Assembly: GCA_000004695.1 (NCBI GenBank)
Contig: CM000152.2
Coordinates: 3,808,001-3,872,000 of the forward strand
Origin: Dictyostelium discoideum
Lineage: Eukaryota
Direction of reading: 5' to 3'
DNA: 64,000 nt
The translations under genes and the position numbers were made by a program. Below the pieces are notes generated by a model. That model worked only from the letters and a program-made list of their open reading frames with translations, had not been told where the DNA came from and did no database searches. Below are positions 44,474 to 59,581 of this stretch, one piece after another. Numbering within the stretch: the stretch's first letter is position 1; each line of letters begins with the position of its first letter.

Positions 44474-47400
44474 ATGACACATACAATAAGGGTTTTAATT
44501 AAATATCAAAATTCGATGATTGATCATTTTATTATTAAAGGTGTAAAACTTTCAACACAAATTGATATGTTTTGTCAAATATTTAAAATTCAAGAAGACC
44601 CAATTAAATACTCTTTACTAGTCGAAGATTTAGGTGTTTATTTAACTGATGATGTATGTATTAAATAAATATCAGTTTCTTTTTTCAAATTTTATTTTTT
44701 TAAAAAAAAAAAAATATATAATTAATAAAATTCTTTTTTTTTTTTAAATATAATAATTTTATTTAAGGCTATATTTCACGAGAATTCAACATATATAAAT
44801 ATAAATAATAAAGTCTTGGAGTTACAATTAGGAACTTCATATCAAGTATCATCAGTACTAAAAACAATGAGCAGTTGTAAAGATCTTAAAAAATCATTAG
44901 TCCTTTTAAAAAGTCATTTAACTGTATGTATTTTTATTTATTTATTTATTTATTTATTTATTATTTTTCTTCCTCTCACTTCATATATGTAGATACAATA
45001 GAAAGAGGGAAAATTTATATTGACCCCCACTGTCATATAAATTTTATTTTTTATGTGTGATAAAAAAAAAAAAAAAAAAAAAAAAACAACCCACCCCACT
45101 AATATAAAACATATGTTAAATATTTATACTATATAAATAGAAAAATTTTTGTGCGGAATTTATAAAAAAAGGTGGATTAGAACATTTACAAGCTATTATT
45201 AAATCAGAATCAGCAAGTGCAAATACATTATCGGTTGCATTTGGAATATTAGAAATATTATCGGTATATCCTGACTTCTCTTGGGATTATATTTCACAAC
45301 CTGTAATTGATAAAGTAGTTAGTAATTTTGGTTATATAAATGTCAATCCATCTTTAAAATTAGGTGTATGTATATATGTATAAATAAATAAATAAATTAT
45401 AAATTAAATTAATTATTACTAATTTTTTATTATTGTTTCAATTTTTTAAAAGATTAAATTAGCAACTGATAGAAAAGGATATACAATGTTACAAAACTCA
45501 ATTGATAAAACATTTGATACAACGACTGGTGATAATTGTGTATATAGTAAAATTGTAAATGGAAATCTATCAAGTACAGATATAAATACTCAAACATCAA
45601 CATTAAATTTAATTAATAATATGGTATCATTCTCTCAAAGTCCAATTGAATTTTTAAAGAATTTAGAATCATATAATATATCTTCAACTTTAAAATCTCA
45701 ATTATCTGCAACTGATACTGCATTTCGAAAACAAATTTATTTATTTCAAGTAAGTTTTTAAAATATATTATATTTTTAAATAATAATTATTTTATTATTT
45801 TTGACATATTAATTTATTATTTATTATTTTTTAAAAAAAAAAAAAGTGTCATAAAATTCAAGGATTAATAATGGATTCTAAAACACCATATAATAAAGAT
45901 GAACCATCACATCAAAGATTGTTAGAAACATTATGGAGTACATTATTTCCAAATCAAGTTTTTCAGAGATCACATGAGAATTGGCAAATCATTGGATTTC
46001 AAAATAAAGATCCATCATCAGATTTCAGGGGTATGGGATTGGCAGGATTAAAACATTTAATTTATTTGGCACAAAATCATAAAGATATGTTTATGAATCC
46101 ATTGATTAATCGTCAACCAGAGGCAAACTATTATCCATATGCAACTAGTGGTATTCAAGTTACTTCATTCTTGGTTGAATGTGTTAAACCAATTAATATC
46201 TCTGCAAATCATTCTGATGTTATTGGTCAAATCTATCCAATTCTATTTGAATCAGAGAATGCATTAAATGAGATCTATTGTGTTTTAATGGAAATTTTCG
46301 GTATAGTTTGGAAAGATTGGAATGCAACCTATATGATCTTTCAAAAGGTTTTTCAATTCGTTAGTGGTCTTGCAAGTGAAGTTTTACCTAAATGTAAATG
46401 TGTAGTTGATTTCAAATCTTTAATAATTGAAAAATTAGAAAATAAAAAAAAAGAAAAGAAATCTGAAAAAAGAGGTAGTGTTTCAACTCGTCATTCAAAA
46501 CAATTTGGTAGTAATGGTAATATAAATTCAACAACTACAACTACAACAACAACTACAACAACAACAACACCTATATCAACAACTGGTAGTGGTAGTTCAA
46601 ATAGTTTAAATGGTAATACTAGTAATAATAATAATAATAATAATATCTCAATGTCATATAGTAGTAATAATGGTAGTACATTAAGTGGACTTGGTAATAA
46701 TCATAGTAGTAATAATAATAATAATAACAACAATAATAATAATAATAATAATAATAATCATATTTTAAATAATAATCATCTTTATGTAAATAATACAAAT
46801 AGTAATAGTAGTGGTAATAATATGATTAGTTGTTCACCAAGTGGTAGTTCAATATCTGGTAGTGGTAGTATTAGTATTCATAATAGTCAATCAATGAATT
46901 CTAAAACATTTATTGAAGATATTGATATCGATGCATGTACAGTGTCCCCCGATGGTAATTCACCACTTCATAGTGCAATAATGAATAGTATGACTTTGGA
47001 TTGTATTACCAATGGTATCAATATTAATCTCTTTTTAAATACAACCAATAATCAAGGACTAACACCACTAAATTTAGCATGTTCCATTTCACCCTATTTG
47101 ATCATTGATTTCTTCCTTCAACAAGATACTGATCCTTTCATTCCCGCTAAAAATGGTGAATATCCATTTCATAATTTCTGTTCTAGAAAATGGACATTCA
47201 ATGAATTCACAAGAGGTTGTAGTTTATTCCTTGCAAAGAGTAATCATCATCAATATCATGATATCGTCAATCAAACTAATCACGTAACACTGGAAACACC
47301 ATTATCAACTGCAATTCAATCCGGTAATGAAGATAGTGTTGGTCATCTTTTAACACTTTGTCCAAATATTAATAATTATTTCAATAGTTCTGGTCAAAAT

Positions 47401-47775
47401 GCACTTCATATCGCTATCTCTAAAAGAAATTTACATATCATAACTTGTCTAATTCAAAATGGAGCTGATCCTTCAATTCCAAATGAAATCACAAAAGAAA
47501 CTTGTGAAGATATATGTGCTTCTGATCCTGAAATAATGATTATACTAAACCCAACAAAATTAAGTAGGTCAACTTCTTCAACCTCTTCTTCAACAAGTAG
47601 AATTCATGATGAATCAAATAATAATGGTTCAATTAAAAAAAATCCAATACCATTACCAAAACGACCTCAAATAACAAATAATAATAGTATTCAATATAGT
47701 AATAGTACGAGTAGTAATAGTTTAATTAATAATAATAATTTTAATAATTTATTATCAACTTCAATTAATAATAGT

Positions 47776-47862
<87 letters not shown>

Positions 47863-47865
47863 CCA

Positions 47866-47898
<33 letters not shown>

Positions 47899-47908
47899 CC
47901 AAATAATA

Positions 47909-47962
<54 letters not shown>

Positions 47963-48402
47963 GCACTTTAAATGTAAATAATAATAATAATAGTAACAAT
48001 AATCATCAATATGTTAATAGCCCATATAATTCTAATAAATCATCAATATCATCACCAAATCATAATAATACACCATCGACATCACCTGGCATTACATCAC
48101 CAATATTCCGATCAGCAACTCCATTAAAGCAAACAATGTCAGTTGGATTAATGCATTCACCAACTCAAGAATCACCTCAAGTAATTTCAACACCAACTTC
48201 ACCACCATATCTTTCAAACAATAATGGGGCAGAACGTGTTTATGGTCGTAGTGGAAGTGGTTTCTTTAATAATATTAATGGTATGTTTAATCAAGAAAAC
48301 TTAACTAAAAATAGTGGTAATAATAATAATAATAATAGTAGTAGTAGTGGGGGTAGTAGTAGTAGTAATTCCAATGGTATAAATAATAATAATAATAATA
48401 AT

Positions 48403-48457
<55 letters not shown>

Positions 48458-48792
48458 GTAGTATTGGTAACAGTGGAAATTATAATCATATGAATAATAT
48501 AAATATTGGAAGTCATCATAGTAATCATCATAGTAATCATAATGGTCCAATTAATAATGGTAATTATCCAAATTATAGAGGTAATAATATTACAACTTCA
48601 CCAGTTGGTGTCACAGTTACACCACCAAAAGATCAAAAGAAAGCTGACTCTGTTGTAAATGTAAGGCGTCTTTTAAATGAATCACTTTGTTTAGTTGATT
48701 TAATTTGTAGTGGACCTGAAAAACAAAAAGAAAATGTTAAAAAGTTAAATGAAGCTTTAAAATCTTGTTTAAAAAATGTTAAAAACTTTTAA
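44474..48792 (+). CDS. ELMO-domain protein with ankyrin repeats and long poly-Asn tracts, ~1267 aa, 5 exons: join(44474..44653,44768..44923,45141..45365,45453..45749,45847..48792)
   Basis: Four phase-0 introns with GTATGT/GTATGT/GTATGT/GTAAGT donors and TTTAAG/AAATAG/AAAAAG/AAAAAG acceptors. ELMO (ELMOD) core LWSTLFPNQVFQRSHENWQIIGFQNKDPSSDFRGMGLAGLKHLIYL. Ankyrin-like GNSPLHSAIMNS...GLTPLNLACS...NGADPSIPNE. Confidence 0.7.
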
Positions 48793-48977
48793 GTTAACTA
48801 ACTTAATAAATAAAAATAAAAAAAAAAAAAATTAAATAATTAAAAAATAATATTGAGTATAAATATGTGTTAACATTACAATTTATTACTTTATTATTAA
48901 TCAATATTTAATTGTTTTTAAAAGTTTTTTCTTTTATTTATTTTTAAATTTTTTTTTTTTTTATTTATTTATTTATT

Positions 48978-51184
48978 TTATTCTTGATTTTCACCTTCAC
49001 CTAATAATGGTGAATCAGAAGTTCTAGATTTATTAACCATTTTAGTCATAACATCTTCAAATTGAGAATATTCTTCAGAAGTTGGAGAAGAGAATTCACT
49101 TGAATCAAAGAGAGAGAGTGAACCACCAGAATCACCAACTAATATACGTTTACCATCATGACTCCAAGCAAGACGATTAACAGATCTATTTGAGATTTTA
49201 TGACGAAAGATTGGTGCTTCTAAATCTTGATTGAGATCCCAGAGTGAAAGTGTACCACTACCATCACCAGTTGAGAAAATAGATGGATGAACTGGTGACC
49301 AACGTGCATCATAAACGTAATCGACATAATCTTCAAAAGAGTAAAGTGGAGTCTCTTTTTTGGATGACCATAATTTACAAGTCCAATCTGTTGAAGAACT
49401 GAGGAAATATTGTGAGAAATCGGCACCACCCTTTGATGGATGTAAATCAACCGAGGTGATTGGACCAAAGTGTCCTTTATAACGTTCATTCATAACGATT
49501 CTATTACCATGACGACCAGCTTGACAAATGACACCCTCTTCAGTACCAATGTAGAAATGATTCAATTCATTCTCTGGGAACACTAAAGAAGTTACAGCGA
49601 TTGACATATTTGGTGCACCGCCACCACTACCACCGCCACCCGCTTTATTTGCAGAGTTTGTATTACTACTATTCAATTCTATGGTTTCTATTGGTTGTGA
49701 AAGATTTTCTAAATTCCATGAACATAATTTTGCATCGGTTGAAATTGATACCAAACTGTTTGCATTGGCACTACCAACAACTGCCATACTATAGACTGGA
49801 TGTGTATGACCAACACTTGATAATGGTGTTTTTTGTACTGGTTTTGCTTCAGCACGAGTATCCCAAATTACAATTTGACCTGAATATGTACCACCAACGA
49901 TTAATGTTGAATGAAATTTAGAGAAGAATGTTGTCATTACTGGTGACTAAATTAATTACAAAAAAAATAAAATAAATTAGTTTTAATCAAATTTTAACAT
50001 AATTAAATTTTGAAAAATTAAAACACACATACTTGACAAGTAAAAACATATTCTGGTTTTTGGAAATAATTATTAACACTCCAAACCAATGCAACACCAT
50101 CTGGGTCGTGTGAACCTGCTTCATTTGCAGAATATGATGATACAACTAATTCTGGATGTTTTGTTGACCAACTAATATCTGTAATTGATCTATGTTTAGT
50201 CCATCTTTCATCTGATAATGTTGCTAATAATTTAAGTTCTTTTGATGTTCCTTTTGAATTTCTAAAATAATAAAAAAAAAAAAAAATATTTAAATTAATT
50301 TATTAATTCATTATTATTATTAATAATTGATAGCTTACTCATCAGAAATTGTATAATCAACTAAAATATCAATAGAATCATCCAAACATAATGCTCTTTC
50401 AATAACTCTTGATGATCTTCCAAAAAATGATTTGAATGAGTCTGATTCTAAAATATCTTTCTTTTCATTTTCATCCAATTCTGGAATTTCAATTTCATCT
50501 TTATCGTCATCATCTATATTTGCACTATTGGCAACAGATGTTGATGAACCATCTCCATTGATTGAATCTGTACCAATTGATAAATTTTGCATATCTTGAT
50601 TGAGTGATGATTGCTGTTGTTGTTGTTGTTGTTGTTGTTGTTGTAATAATTGATATTTTGTTTTATTTTTATTTGGTGCTTCTAACTCTGGTGTATTATT
50701 TGTATTTGAAGTATCTGCATCTGTCATTGTTTGTGTACCTTTTGAATACATTGGTATTTCTTTTGGTGGAAAGTCATGTTCAATCACTAAACTTTGAATT
50801 GTTAATGTTGGTCTAATATAATTTGATTTTTGTGATTCTGCATGGGTTGATGTTGATATTGTCGATGATGATGATGGTGTTGCTTGTGTTGGTACCATTG
50901 AATCAATTGAATTCATAATTGAATTAAAATCCTCTTGTGCAACTGGTGGTGATGGTGTTGATGCTGTATTAAGTGTTGAAGTTGTTGTTGCTGTTGGTGT
51001 AGTTTTTGATGCCATGATTCTCTACATTAATTTTATAAAATTAATATAAAAATAATAAAAATAATAAAAATAAATGATATATGTAGAGATCTCTACATAC
51101 ATTTCTCTCTTTATACTCTTCGAGTTTTCTTCTCATTTCATTTTTGGTTTGCTCCAACTCTTTTTTCTTTTGATCTCTATCCAT
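48978..51184 (-). CDS. dicA: Cytoplasmic dynein intermediate chain, 654 aa, 4 exons: join(48978..49946,50033..50261,50339..51021,51101..51184)
   Basis: Exon 1 [28 protein letters not shown] (typical IC N-terminal coiled coil), then a GTATGT donor. Exon 2 ...[24 protein letters not shown]...VDYTISDE, then a GTAAGC donor. Exon 3 [62 protein letters not shown]...YVFTCQ, then a GTATGT donor. Exon 4 [32 protein letters not shown]...[23 protein letters not shown]... WD repeats, near-colinear with metazoan DYNC1I. Confidence 0.85.
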
Positions 51185-51773
51185 TTTTTAATTTTTAGGT
51201 ATATATTGTTGTTGGTTAAAATGAAAAAAAAAAATACAAAAAAAAAAAAAAAAAAATACTGTTATTTATTTAAATATAATTAATTTATTGTTTATTTATT
51301 TATTTTTTTTTTGAAAAACTTAATAAATAAATGATTAATTGAAAAATATTGAAAACACAATGAATTAAGGTTTTGGAAATCAATCGACTGGTTTGTGATG
51401 ATGTTACAAAATTTCTATTATTGATTTTGAATTTTTTTTTTTTTTTTTTTTTTTATTTTTATTTTTTTTTTTTTTTTTAATTTTTTTTTTATTTTTTTTT
51501 TTTATTTTTAATTTATTTGAAATGAAATCACAAAAATTAAAAAAAAAAAAAAAAAAATTAAAAAAATCAAAAAAGTCCAATAAAATAAAAAAATGATTAA
51601 GACGAAATTAACCTTATTAAGAGAAGATAGATTATTTTAAACTTTTGTTGTTTGTTTTTTTTTTTTCTTTGATTTTTTAATTTTTGAAAAAATAAAAAAA
51701 AAAAAAAACAAAAACAAATAAAATGGAATAAATTATTAAATTATCAAATATCACACAAAATAAATCTAATAAA

Positions 51774-52384
51774 ATGAATTTTAATGATGATAAATTAGAC
51801 CAAGGTCAAGTTAAAAATAATAATAACAATCATTTTCAACCACAACAACAACAACAAAAACATTTTAAAGGTACGAATAATGGTATTAGGAATTTCAATG
51901 ATTTAAAAGTTGAATTCGAACATATTAGAAATAATTTAATATCATTAGAATCAGAGATATCTAAAGGAAAAAGAGATAAACAACCCTTTAAGAATAATTG
52001 TGATAACCAATTATTGGTAAGAAATTTAAAATAAATAAAAAAAATAAAAAAATAAAAAAACACTTTATTAATTTCCCTATTTACGTGTATATTTTATTGT
52101 GTTTTTAATATTAAAGATTAAAAATCAAGAATTAAAAAATCAAATTAGAAAATATAAAGAAAATGAAAATTTATCCGAGAAAAGATTATCACTTCAAGAG
52201 AAATATCTTGATGAATATAAATCAAATTTTAATAGAATCCAAGAAGAAATAATACAAATTCAAGAATCAATTAATAATTATAAAGAACTTTGTTTGTATT
52301 ATTATTATTATTATTACAAATTAATATTTAATTAATTCAAAATTCTAATATTATTATATACATTTTTATTTTATTTTATTTTTA

Positions 52385-52425
<41 letters not shown>

Positions 52426-52817
52426 ATAAAAAATCAGTTAATCTTCAAAATATTTTAGATAATGATAGAAATAAAACTGAAAAGATAATAATAGAATTGA
52501 AAACTGAAAATAAGAAATTAATTGAAGAAAATAATAAATCAAATAAAGATATTCAACAATTAAAAGAAGAGAATAAACAATTACAACAACTATTGAATGA
52601 TAGAGATAAACAACTTGAAGCTGTAAATCTATCATTTGGTCAACACATATCATCCACTTCAAAGCAATTTAATGATTCATATACCATTATCAATAAATTA
52701 GAAGATCAATTAACAAAACAAATTAAACACTATGATGATCTAAATAATATTGATAATATTGAAATAAATTTAGATATAACCAGTAATAATAATTCTAATC
52801 CAAATTATTTTCAATAA
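51774..52817 (+). CDS. Coiled-coil protein (unknown function), 3 exons: 51774..52016, 52117..~52295, ~52469..52817; the second junction is unresolved
   Basis: Exon 1 MNFNDDKLDQGQVKN...NNCDNQLL, then GTAAGA. Exon 2 IKNQELKNQIRKYKENENLSEKRLSLQEKYLDEYKSNFNRIQEEIIQIQESINNYKEL. Exon 3 ...NKTEKIIIELKTENKKLIEENNKSNKDIQQLKEENKQLQQLLNDRDKQLEAV...*. Linking exons 2 and 3 needs a non-canonical donor (GTTTGT at 52292 or GTATTA at 52296), with several possible acceptors. Confidence 0.45.
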
Positions 52818-53061
52818 AAAAAAAAAAAAACTTTTTATTTGCTATCCACAACAGCAATATTTATTTATTTATTTTGTTTTAATTATTAAAAATATTGTTT
52901 TTACATGTTTATTAATTATTGTGTTTACTTTTTTTTTTATAATAATTGTTCTTTTTCTTTTTTTTTTTTTTTTTATTAATACCATAAAAGGGTTATTTGA
53001 ACTATTATAATTGTTATTATCATTATTTTATATTATATTATATTTGTTTATTTTATTTTAA

Positions 53062-53547
53062 TTATTTCTTTTTTCCATTTAATTTATCAGCTTCATCGTT
53101 AAGTTCCTCTTTAAAACTTTCAAATAAGTGAGTGAAATAGTTTTTACTTTGTGGTTTATTATCATTAGTACTATTGTTGTTATTACTGCTTCTACTACTA
53201 CTACTATCACCACCACCTCCATTTTGCTGTAATCTTCTTTGTTGTTCATATATTCTTGCATTTTCATGAATATCATTTGTATATTTTACATTTTGGAAAT
53301 TAATATTATTATTGTTATTATGATTTATATTTGAGTGGGCACCTGAATGTGGGTGATTACTACTACGAGTATGATTATTATGACCATGTATATTCCTTTT
53401 TGCTGGTTTTTCACCTGTAATTTCATCCATTTTATCTTTAAATTGAACCGACATTTGTTGAAATTGTTTATTGCTTGCCAATTTATCAACTAATTTCTTT
53501 TGAACAATATCTAAAACTGCTCCTTGTAATATTTTTTGAATAATCAT
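53062..53547 (-). CDS. Hypothetical 161-aa protein with an amphipathic N-terminus and a His/Asn-rich middle, single exon
   Basis: True ATG at 53547. MIIQKILQGAVLDIVQKKLVDKLASNKQFQQMSVQFKDKMDEITGEKP...; codon-like composition. No family recognised. Confidence 0.45.
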   Translation of the reverse strand: MIIQKILQGAVLDIVQKKLVDKLASNKQFQQMSVQFKDKMDEITGEKPAKRNIHGHNNHTRSSNHPHSGAHSNINHNNNNNINFQNVKYTNDIHENARIYEQQRRLQQNGGGGDSSSSRSSNNNNSTNDNKPQSKNYFTHLFESFKEELNDEADKLNGKKK

Positions 53548-53999
53548 TTCCTATTAAACTATAATATATTTATTATATTTATATTTATATATATTTTCTT
53601 ATGTATTTTTTATTAAAAACAGCTATAACAACTAATAATAATAATTTTTGGTTGTGGTGTTGTCGTTTTTTTTTTTTTTTTTTTTTTGTTTTTTTGGAAA
53701 AAAACAAAAAATAAATTAAAAAAATAAAAATAAAAAAAAAAATAAAAATAAAAAAAAAAATAAAATTTTTTTTTGGGGATAAAATTAAAATTAAAAAAAA
53801 AAAAGTATTGCTTTATTTCCTATTTTAGAATTCCATCAAAAACTAGATTTATTTTTTGTTTTATTTTTCTTTTTTTTAAAAAAAAAAAGATATTTTTAAA
53901 AATGTTTAAATAAAATCTAGATTAAAAAATGTTGTTATTACAGTAATATTTTTTCGAATTTTTTTTATTTTTTTTTGGGTTTTGTTTTTTTTTTTAAAT

Positions 54000-54031
<32 letters not shown>

Positions 54032-54137
54032 TATTTTTTTAGTTTTTTAGTTTTTTTTTTTTCTTCTTTTTTCATTATTTATTTTATTTCTTTATATTTT
54101 TTTTTTAAAAAAAAAAAAAAAATAAAAAAAATAAAAA

Positions 54138-57100
54138 ATGGAAATTGAATTTATACAAAATTTGGAAAAATTTTGTATAGGATTACAATCAAATAAAAGT
54201 AATGAAAGGGAAACATCAGAACAATCAATTCTTACATTAATGAAAACTCCACAACCATATAAATTATGTTTTAATTTATTATCAAAAAGCAATTTAACAA
54301 TTGCACATTTTTATGGATTATTAATGATCAGAGATAGTGCAATTAGGGAATGGGCAGCATTAGATAGTCAAACTAAAATAATGATTATTGAAACTTTATT
54401 TCAATATATTGAAAATATGAACTCTATGAATTTTTTAAATTATGCTACCAAAGGTCAATCATTTAATACACTTGGTGTAATTATTAAAAGAAGTTGGTTA
54501 GATAATGAAAAGTATGAGATTGGAAAAGGACAAATGGAGTTAAACCAAATAGTTATGGACAGAGTTTACCAATACATTGATAGTGGTTCACCAGATAGAA
54601 TTGAAATTAGTATTAAAATCATTGGTTCGTTAATTATAGAATTCTCATCGTCGAGTAAAGCAGCACATATTCAATTGAGTTGGGAATTTCATCAAAAGTG
54701 TTTAATTACATTTCAAAACTTACATTTACAACCAATCTTTAGAAAGGTTTTAGAATTATTACAACAATTCAAAGACCATATCCAACAGGTACCATCAAGA
54801 TTAACCGATCAAAGTTTCTTACAAATTCTTTATACCTCTGTGAAAGTATTTACCGATATTTTAGATTGGAGATTCTTAGAATCTGGTTCATCAGTATTAG
54901 CATACATTACAAGTTTTAGTGGTGGTAGAACAAATCTTAAACCAACAATCGAATGGATTTCATTATTCACCCCATCACAAAGTGGAGGAGGTATATCACC
55001 AATTGTTTCATTAGTATTTGGATTATATCAATTGGTTGAAAAAGTTGAAAAGATACCAAATTTATTACGTCATGCTATGAGTCAACTATGTGGTTTACAA
55101 GGACCAATTATTAAGGATCAAAAAATTAAGAATCAATATTTAAGTGAAGTTTTAACATTTACAAATAAATTAATTGAAAAATCAATTACTACAAGAAATT
55201 GGAATGAAATGGAAGATATTTCAAATATAATTTATAAATTTTGTAATACTTATAAATTTAGTGGTATTGCATGTTTACCAAATCAGATTGTTATACCATT
55301 CCTTCAATATACAACACAATTTGTATTGTCATCGTTGAATTTAATGAAAATTTGGGCAAAACATGGTGAAGAGGAATTGGAGGAAGAGTTTGAAAATGAT
55401 TGTTTCGATATTTTATTACGTTCATTCGTTTCATTGATATCCGATGCAGAGATGTTAATTAATCGTAAGAGGGTTGACCAATTGGAAAACTTTAAAGAAC
55501 AATATCAAGTACTCAAACAATGTACTTCCCAAATCTACCAAAACTACATTCAATCAAGATTGGAACTATCAGAAATTGAAATTAATAAATCCAATGAAGA
55601 GTTAGAACCAACCTGTAAAAGTAGAGGTGGTATTGGTGGTGCTGAAGATGAGATTGATGAAGATAAAAAGAAATATGATGAACAATTACGTTCAGTTGCA
55701 TATATTGGTAGATTAAATCCTGGTCAATCATTAGAACTATTAAAGAATGAAATTAATAGAGTCATAAATTCATTGAAGGAAAGAGTATCAGATCCTATCC
55801 TATTCGAATCACTTCATTGGTTATTAATTTTCGCAGGTCATTTAATTTTCGATGCTGAAAATAAAACACCATCTGCTATTCCAAATGCAATTGAAGATTA
55901 TACATTTGAACAATGTAAATTGACACCAGCATCTCAAGTTGATGGTGTTATTGATTTATGTAATGCGGTTTTCAGATTTCATATGGAATATGAAAATCCA
56001 TTATTAAACAATGGTAAAATGGACACCATATCACCACTAGTCTCACAAACTAGTCTTTGGTTTACCAGTGGTTGGAGTTTAGTTTATTTATTACCATCAA
56101 GTGTATTCAATGTTCAAATATCACCAAAAATCATTGAAGCATATGGAACTGAACAACCTTTATTATCAATTACCGATTATTTCATTAATAAAATTTTATT
56201 GAATTTGAAATGTTGGTCTGGTGATTTAGATGTTTTAAAGGCAACATCAAATCTATTAAATAGTTTCACATTGAATAAAGAACTTTGTAAATATTTAATT
56301 AGATCACCAAACTGGTCAAGATTATTCTTTTTAGAGGGTATTTCATTACTACCACCATCAGTGTATGGTCAATTATTTAAAGCATTCTCTAGAGTGGTTT
56401 TCTCATTCCCACTTTCAACACGTAGAGAATATTTCATTCAATTGGTTAAAACATTGGTTGAACAAATGGATGGTGTATTGGGTAGAGCAGATTTTACAAA
56501 GATTTCACAAGAGGCTAAAATCAAAGAAAACATTTATATCCTCCTCGAGAAATTGAATGGTATAGTTAGTGTAAGTGAATCTGAATATGTAGATGATGAA
56601 GACGATTGTCTATTCCTTACAGTGGATTTATTCACAAAGTATGCCACCTCACTAATTGCAATGATACCACTCTATGATCATTGTAATGATATTGTATTAC
56701 TTATCCTACGTTTATTCTCAAATTTTACAAAACATCAATTGGAATATTTAAATCAAGATCGTGCTCGTTCAATTTTCCCATTAATAATTCAATTATTTAA
56801 TTCAGTTGCAACCACTTCATCTCATAAGAAAACTTTAGATTCAAAAGAATATTATCATAGAGTTAGAATGATGGTTAAAATTTTAACAAATATTATTACA
56901 TTTGGTGATCAAAGAAATAATTGTCCAACTATTATTTCTGAAACAATTTTTCATGCTATAAATATAATTACACCATGTTTATCAAATAATGATTTATTAT
57001 TAGTAAGTTTTATTATTAATTATAATTAATAATAATAATATATATATATTAACCTTTTATTTTTTTTTTTATTTTTTTTTAAATAAAAAAAGTATCCAAA

Positions 57101-57629
57101 ATTAGCAAGAAATTATTTTATGATTACATCATTTTTATTTGGTGCAGATAATATTCAAGTAAAGAATATACCAGTAATTAATACAATTTATTCATTAATT
57201 GAAGCTGGTATACTTCATCATGATTTAGAGATTGTTAAATCATGTTTTGAATGTATTGGTTGTTTAACTAAAAGTTTAGAGAATAGTAAAGAGAAATCTG
57301 GTGGATTAGTCGATCCTCATTATCAAAGTGTACTCATTCAATTCATTGGTTCAGTTATTAATTTCTTATTACTTCAAGATTTTAATGTCGATGAATTATT
57401 ATCAGTTGCTTCTGAAACTTTATTCTCTTTAATGTATTCTTCACCAGATGGTTATAGATCAAAAGTAATTGAATTAATCACTCGTCAAGATCCATCAATT
57501 CAATCAAGAGTAGTACAACAATTTGAAACTCTTACTATAATTGGTACTGATAGAAAATCAAAAGATTTATTTATGAAAAATTTACAAAATTTCTTAGTAA
57601 ATGTAAAATCATTAATTAATAAAAAATAA
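54138..57629 (+). CDS. xpo4: Exportin-4 (importin-beta family nuclear export receptor), 1133 aa: join(54138..57002,57093..57629)
   Basis: ATG at 54138. The segment IIGSLIIEFSSSSKAAHIQLSWEFHQKCLITFQNLHLQPIF closely parallels human XPO4 ILTALLSEFSSSSKTSNIGLSMEFHGNCKRVFQEEDLRQIF. One 90-bp phase-0 intron (GTAAGT ... AAAAAG). Length and HEAT-like composition fit XPO4. Confidence 0.8.
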
Positions 57630-57706
57630 AAAATATTATTATTGTTATTATTATTATTATTTTAATTTAAAATAAATTTTATTTTATTTTTGTGTTTTTT
57701 ATTTAT

Positions 57707-58767
57707 TTATAATAATTTTTTAATTTGATTTTCTAATTTAACTAAATCTTCAGCAAATTTACGAATACCTTCACCAGTTTTGAAATAGGCCATTTCATTA
57801 TCATTTAATTCCCAAAGGAAGTTACTATGAGATACATCAAGTTTATTTGGTATATCTGATGGGAGTTTAGTTGAATCTAATTTTTTAGTTACTAAAGAAG
57901 CATCGGCATTCTTTAACTCTTCTAAAAGGTTTGGTGAGATGGTGAGTAAATCACAACCGGCCAATTCAATGGTTTGTTCTTTATTTCTGAATGAAGCACC
58001 CATGACAGAGGTTTTGTAACCATGCTTCTTAAAGTAGGAATAGATTTGTTGAACAGAGATAACACCTGGGTCTTTTGAAGCTTCAAAACCGGCGACACCT
58101 TGTTTAGATTTATAGAAATCAGTGATACGACCAACGAATGGACTAATTAAGGTGACTTGGGCCTCGGCACAAGCAGCTGCTTGAATTAATGAGAATAACA
58201 ATGTGAGATTACAATGAATACCTTCCTTTTCTAAGATTTTGGCGGCTTCAATACCTTCCCAGGTTGATGCTAATTTAATGAGAACACGTTCTTTATCAAT
58301 ACCAGCTTCTTTGTAGAGTGCAATTAATTCACGACCTTTCTTTACATTTGCGTCGATATCATATGAAAGACGTGCATCAACTTCAGTTGAAACACGACCT
58401 GGTACAATCTTTAAAATTTCAACACCAAAGTTTACAAATAATTTATCGATTGCCAATGATAACTTTTCTTTTTCACTTAAACCACTCTTTGCATTAACAT
58501 ATTTAATAGCGTCATCAATTAATGATTTATATTTTGGATCACTTGCTGCTTGGAAAACTAATGATGGATTGGTTGTTGAATCTTGTGAACCATATTTTGA
58601 TAAAACATCAAAATCTGCTGTATCTGCAACCTGAAAAAAAAAAAAAAAAATTATTATTAATATTAAATAATATTTATTTATTTATTTATTTTTTAGTTTT
58701 TTGGAATTTTTTTTTTTTTACTTACAACAGTGGTATATTTTTTTAATTCTTCTAATGCGTTTGACAT
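57707..58767 (-). CDS. Transaldolase, 321 aa: join(57707..58630,58726..58767)
   Basis: Exon 1 MSNALEELKKYTTV, then GTAAGT, a 95-bp intron and TTTTCAG. Exon 2 VADTADFDVLSKYGSQDSTTNPSLVFQAA...EILKIVPGRVSTEVDARLSYD...IKLASTWEGIEAAKILEKEGIHCNLTLLFS...SPFVGRI..., with classic transaldolase motifs including the Schiff-base Lys region. Confidence 0.85.
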
Positions 58768-59096
58768 TTCTGTTTTAATATTGTAAGTATGAGTTATTAA
58801 TTATAATTAAAAAAAAAAAAAAAAAAAAAAAAAATTAAATTTCAAAAAAAAAAAAAAAATAAAAAAAAAAAAAATAAAAAAAAAAATTAAATTAAATTAA
58901 ATTACTTTTTTTTTTTTTTTTTGAGCAGTTCAAGAACAGAATAATTTGTTCGGGGTGTTTCAAAAATAAGAAGATATTTATTTTGTTTATTTTTATTTTT
59001 TATTATTTTTTTTTTTATTTTTTTTTTTTTCCTCTATTCATGAATAGAAAAATTATTTTTTATTTTTCGTGTGGCTATCAATAATATTTCAGAAAT

Positions 59097-59510
59097 TCAA
59101 ATAAACTTGTACCAAACACCGGAATGATTTTTTTTTAATTCGACAATGAAACTATTTTCCGAAATTAATATTCCATAATTTTCATATGAAATTTCATTTG
59201 TAATTGGTATTGTGATTTTTTTGATTTCTTCATTATTAATTATATAAGTTATTGAATTATTTTTTAATAAAATTGAATCTTTTTTTATATTATTTTGATT
59301 TTCATAAATTATGAAATTAATTGAATCATTATTTTGTTTAATTATATATTGAGGTATTGAGGATGAATTTGTATGATATTTAATAGTTTGAGGTATAAAT
59401 GTTAATGATGGTAAATCATTTCTTGGTTCTGTAATTGATGATGATCCAAATCCAAGTTTATCTAATTCTTTTATAATTGATGATGATGAATCTTTATTAT
59501 TTTCATTTTG

Positions 59511-59581
<71 letters not shown>
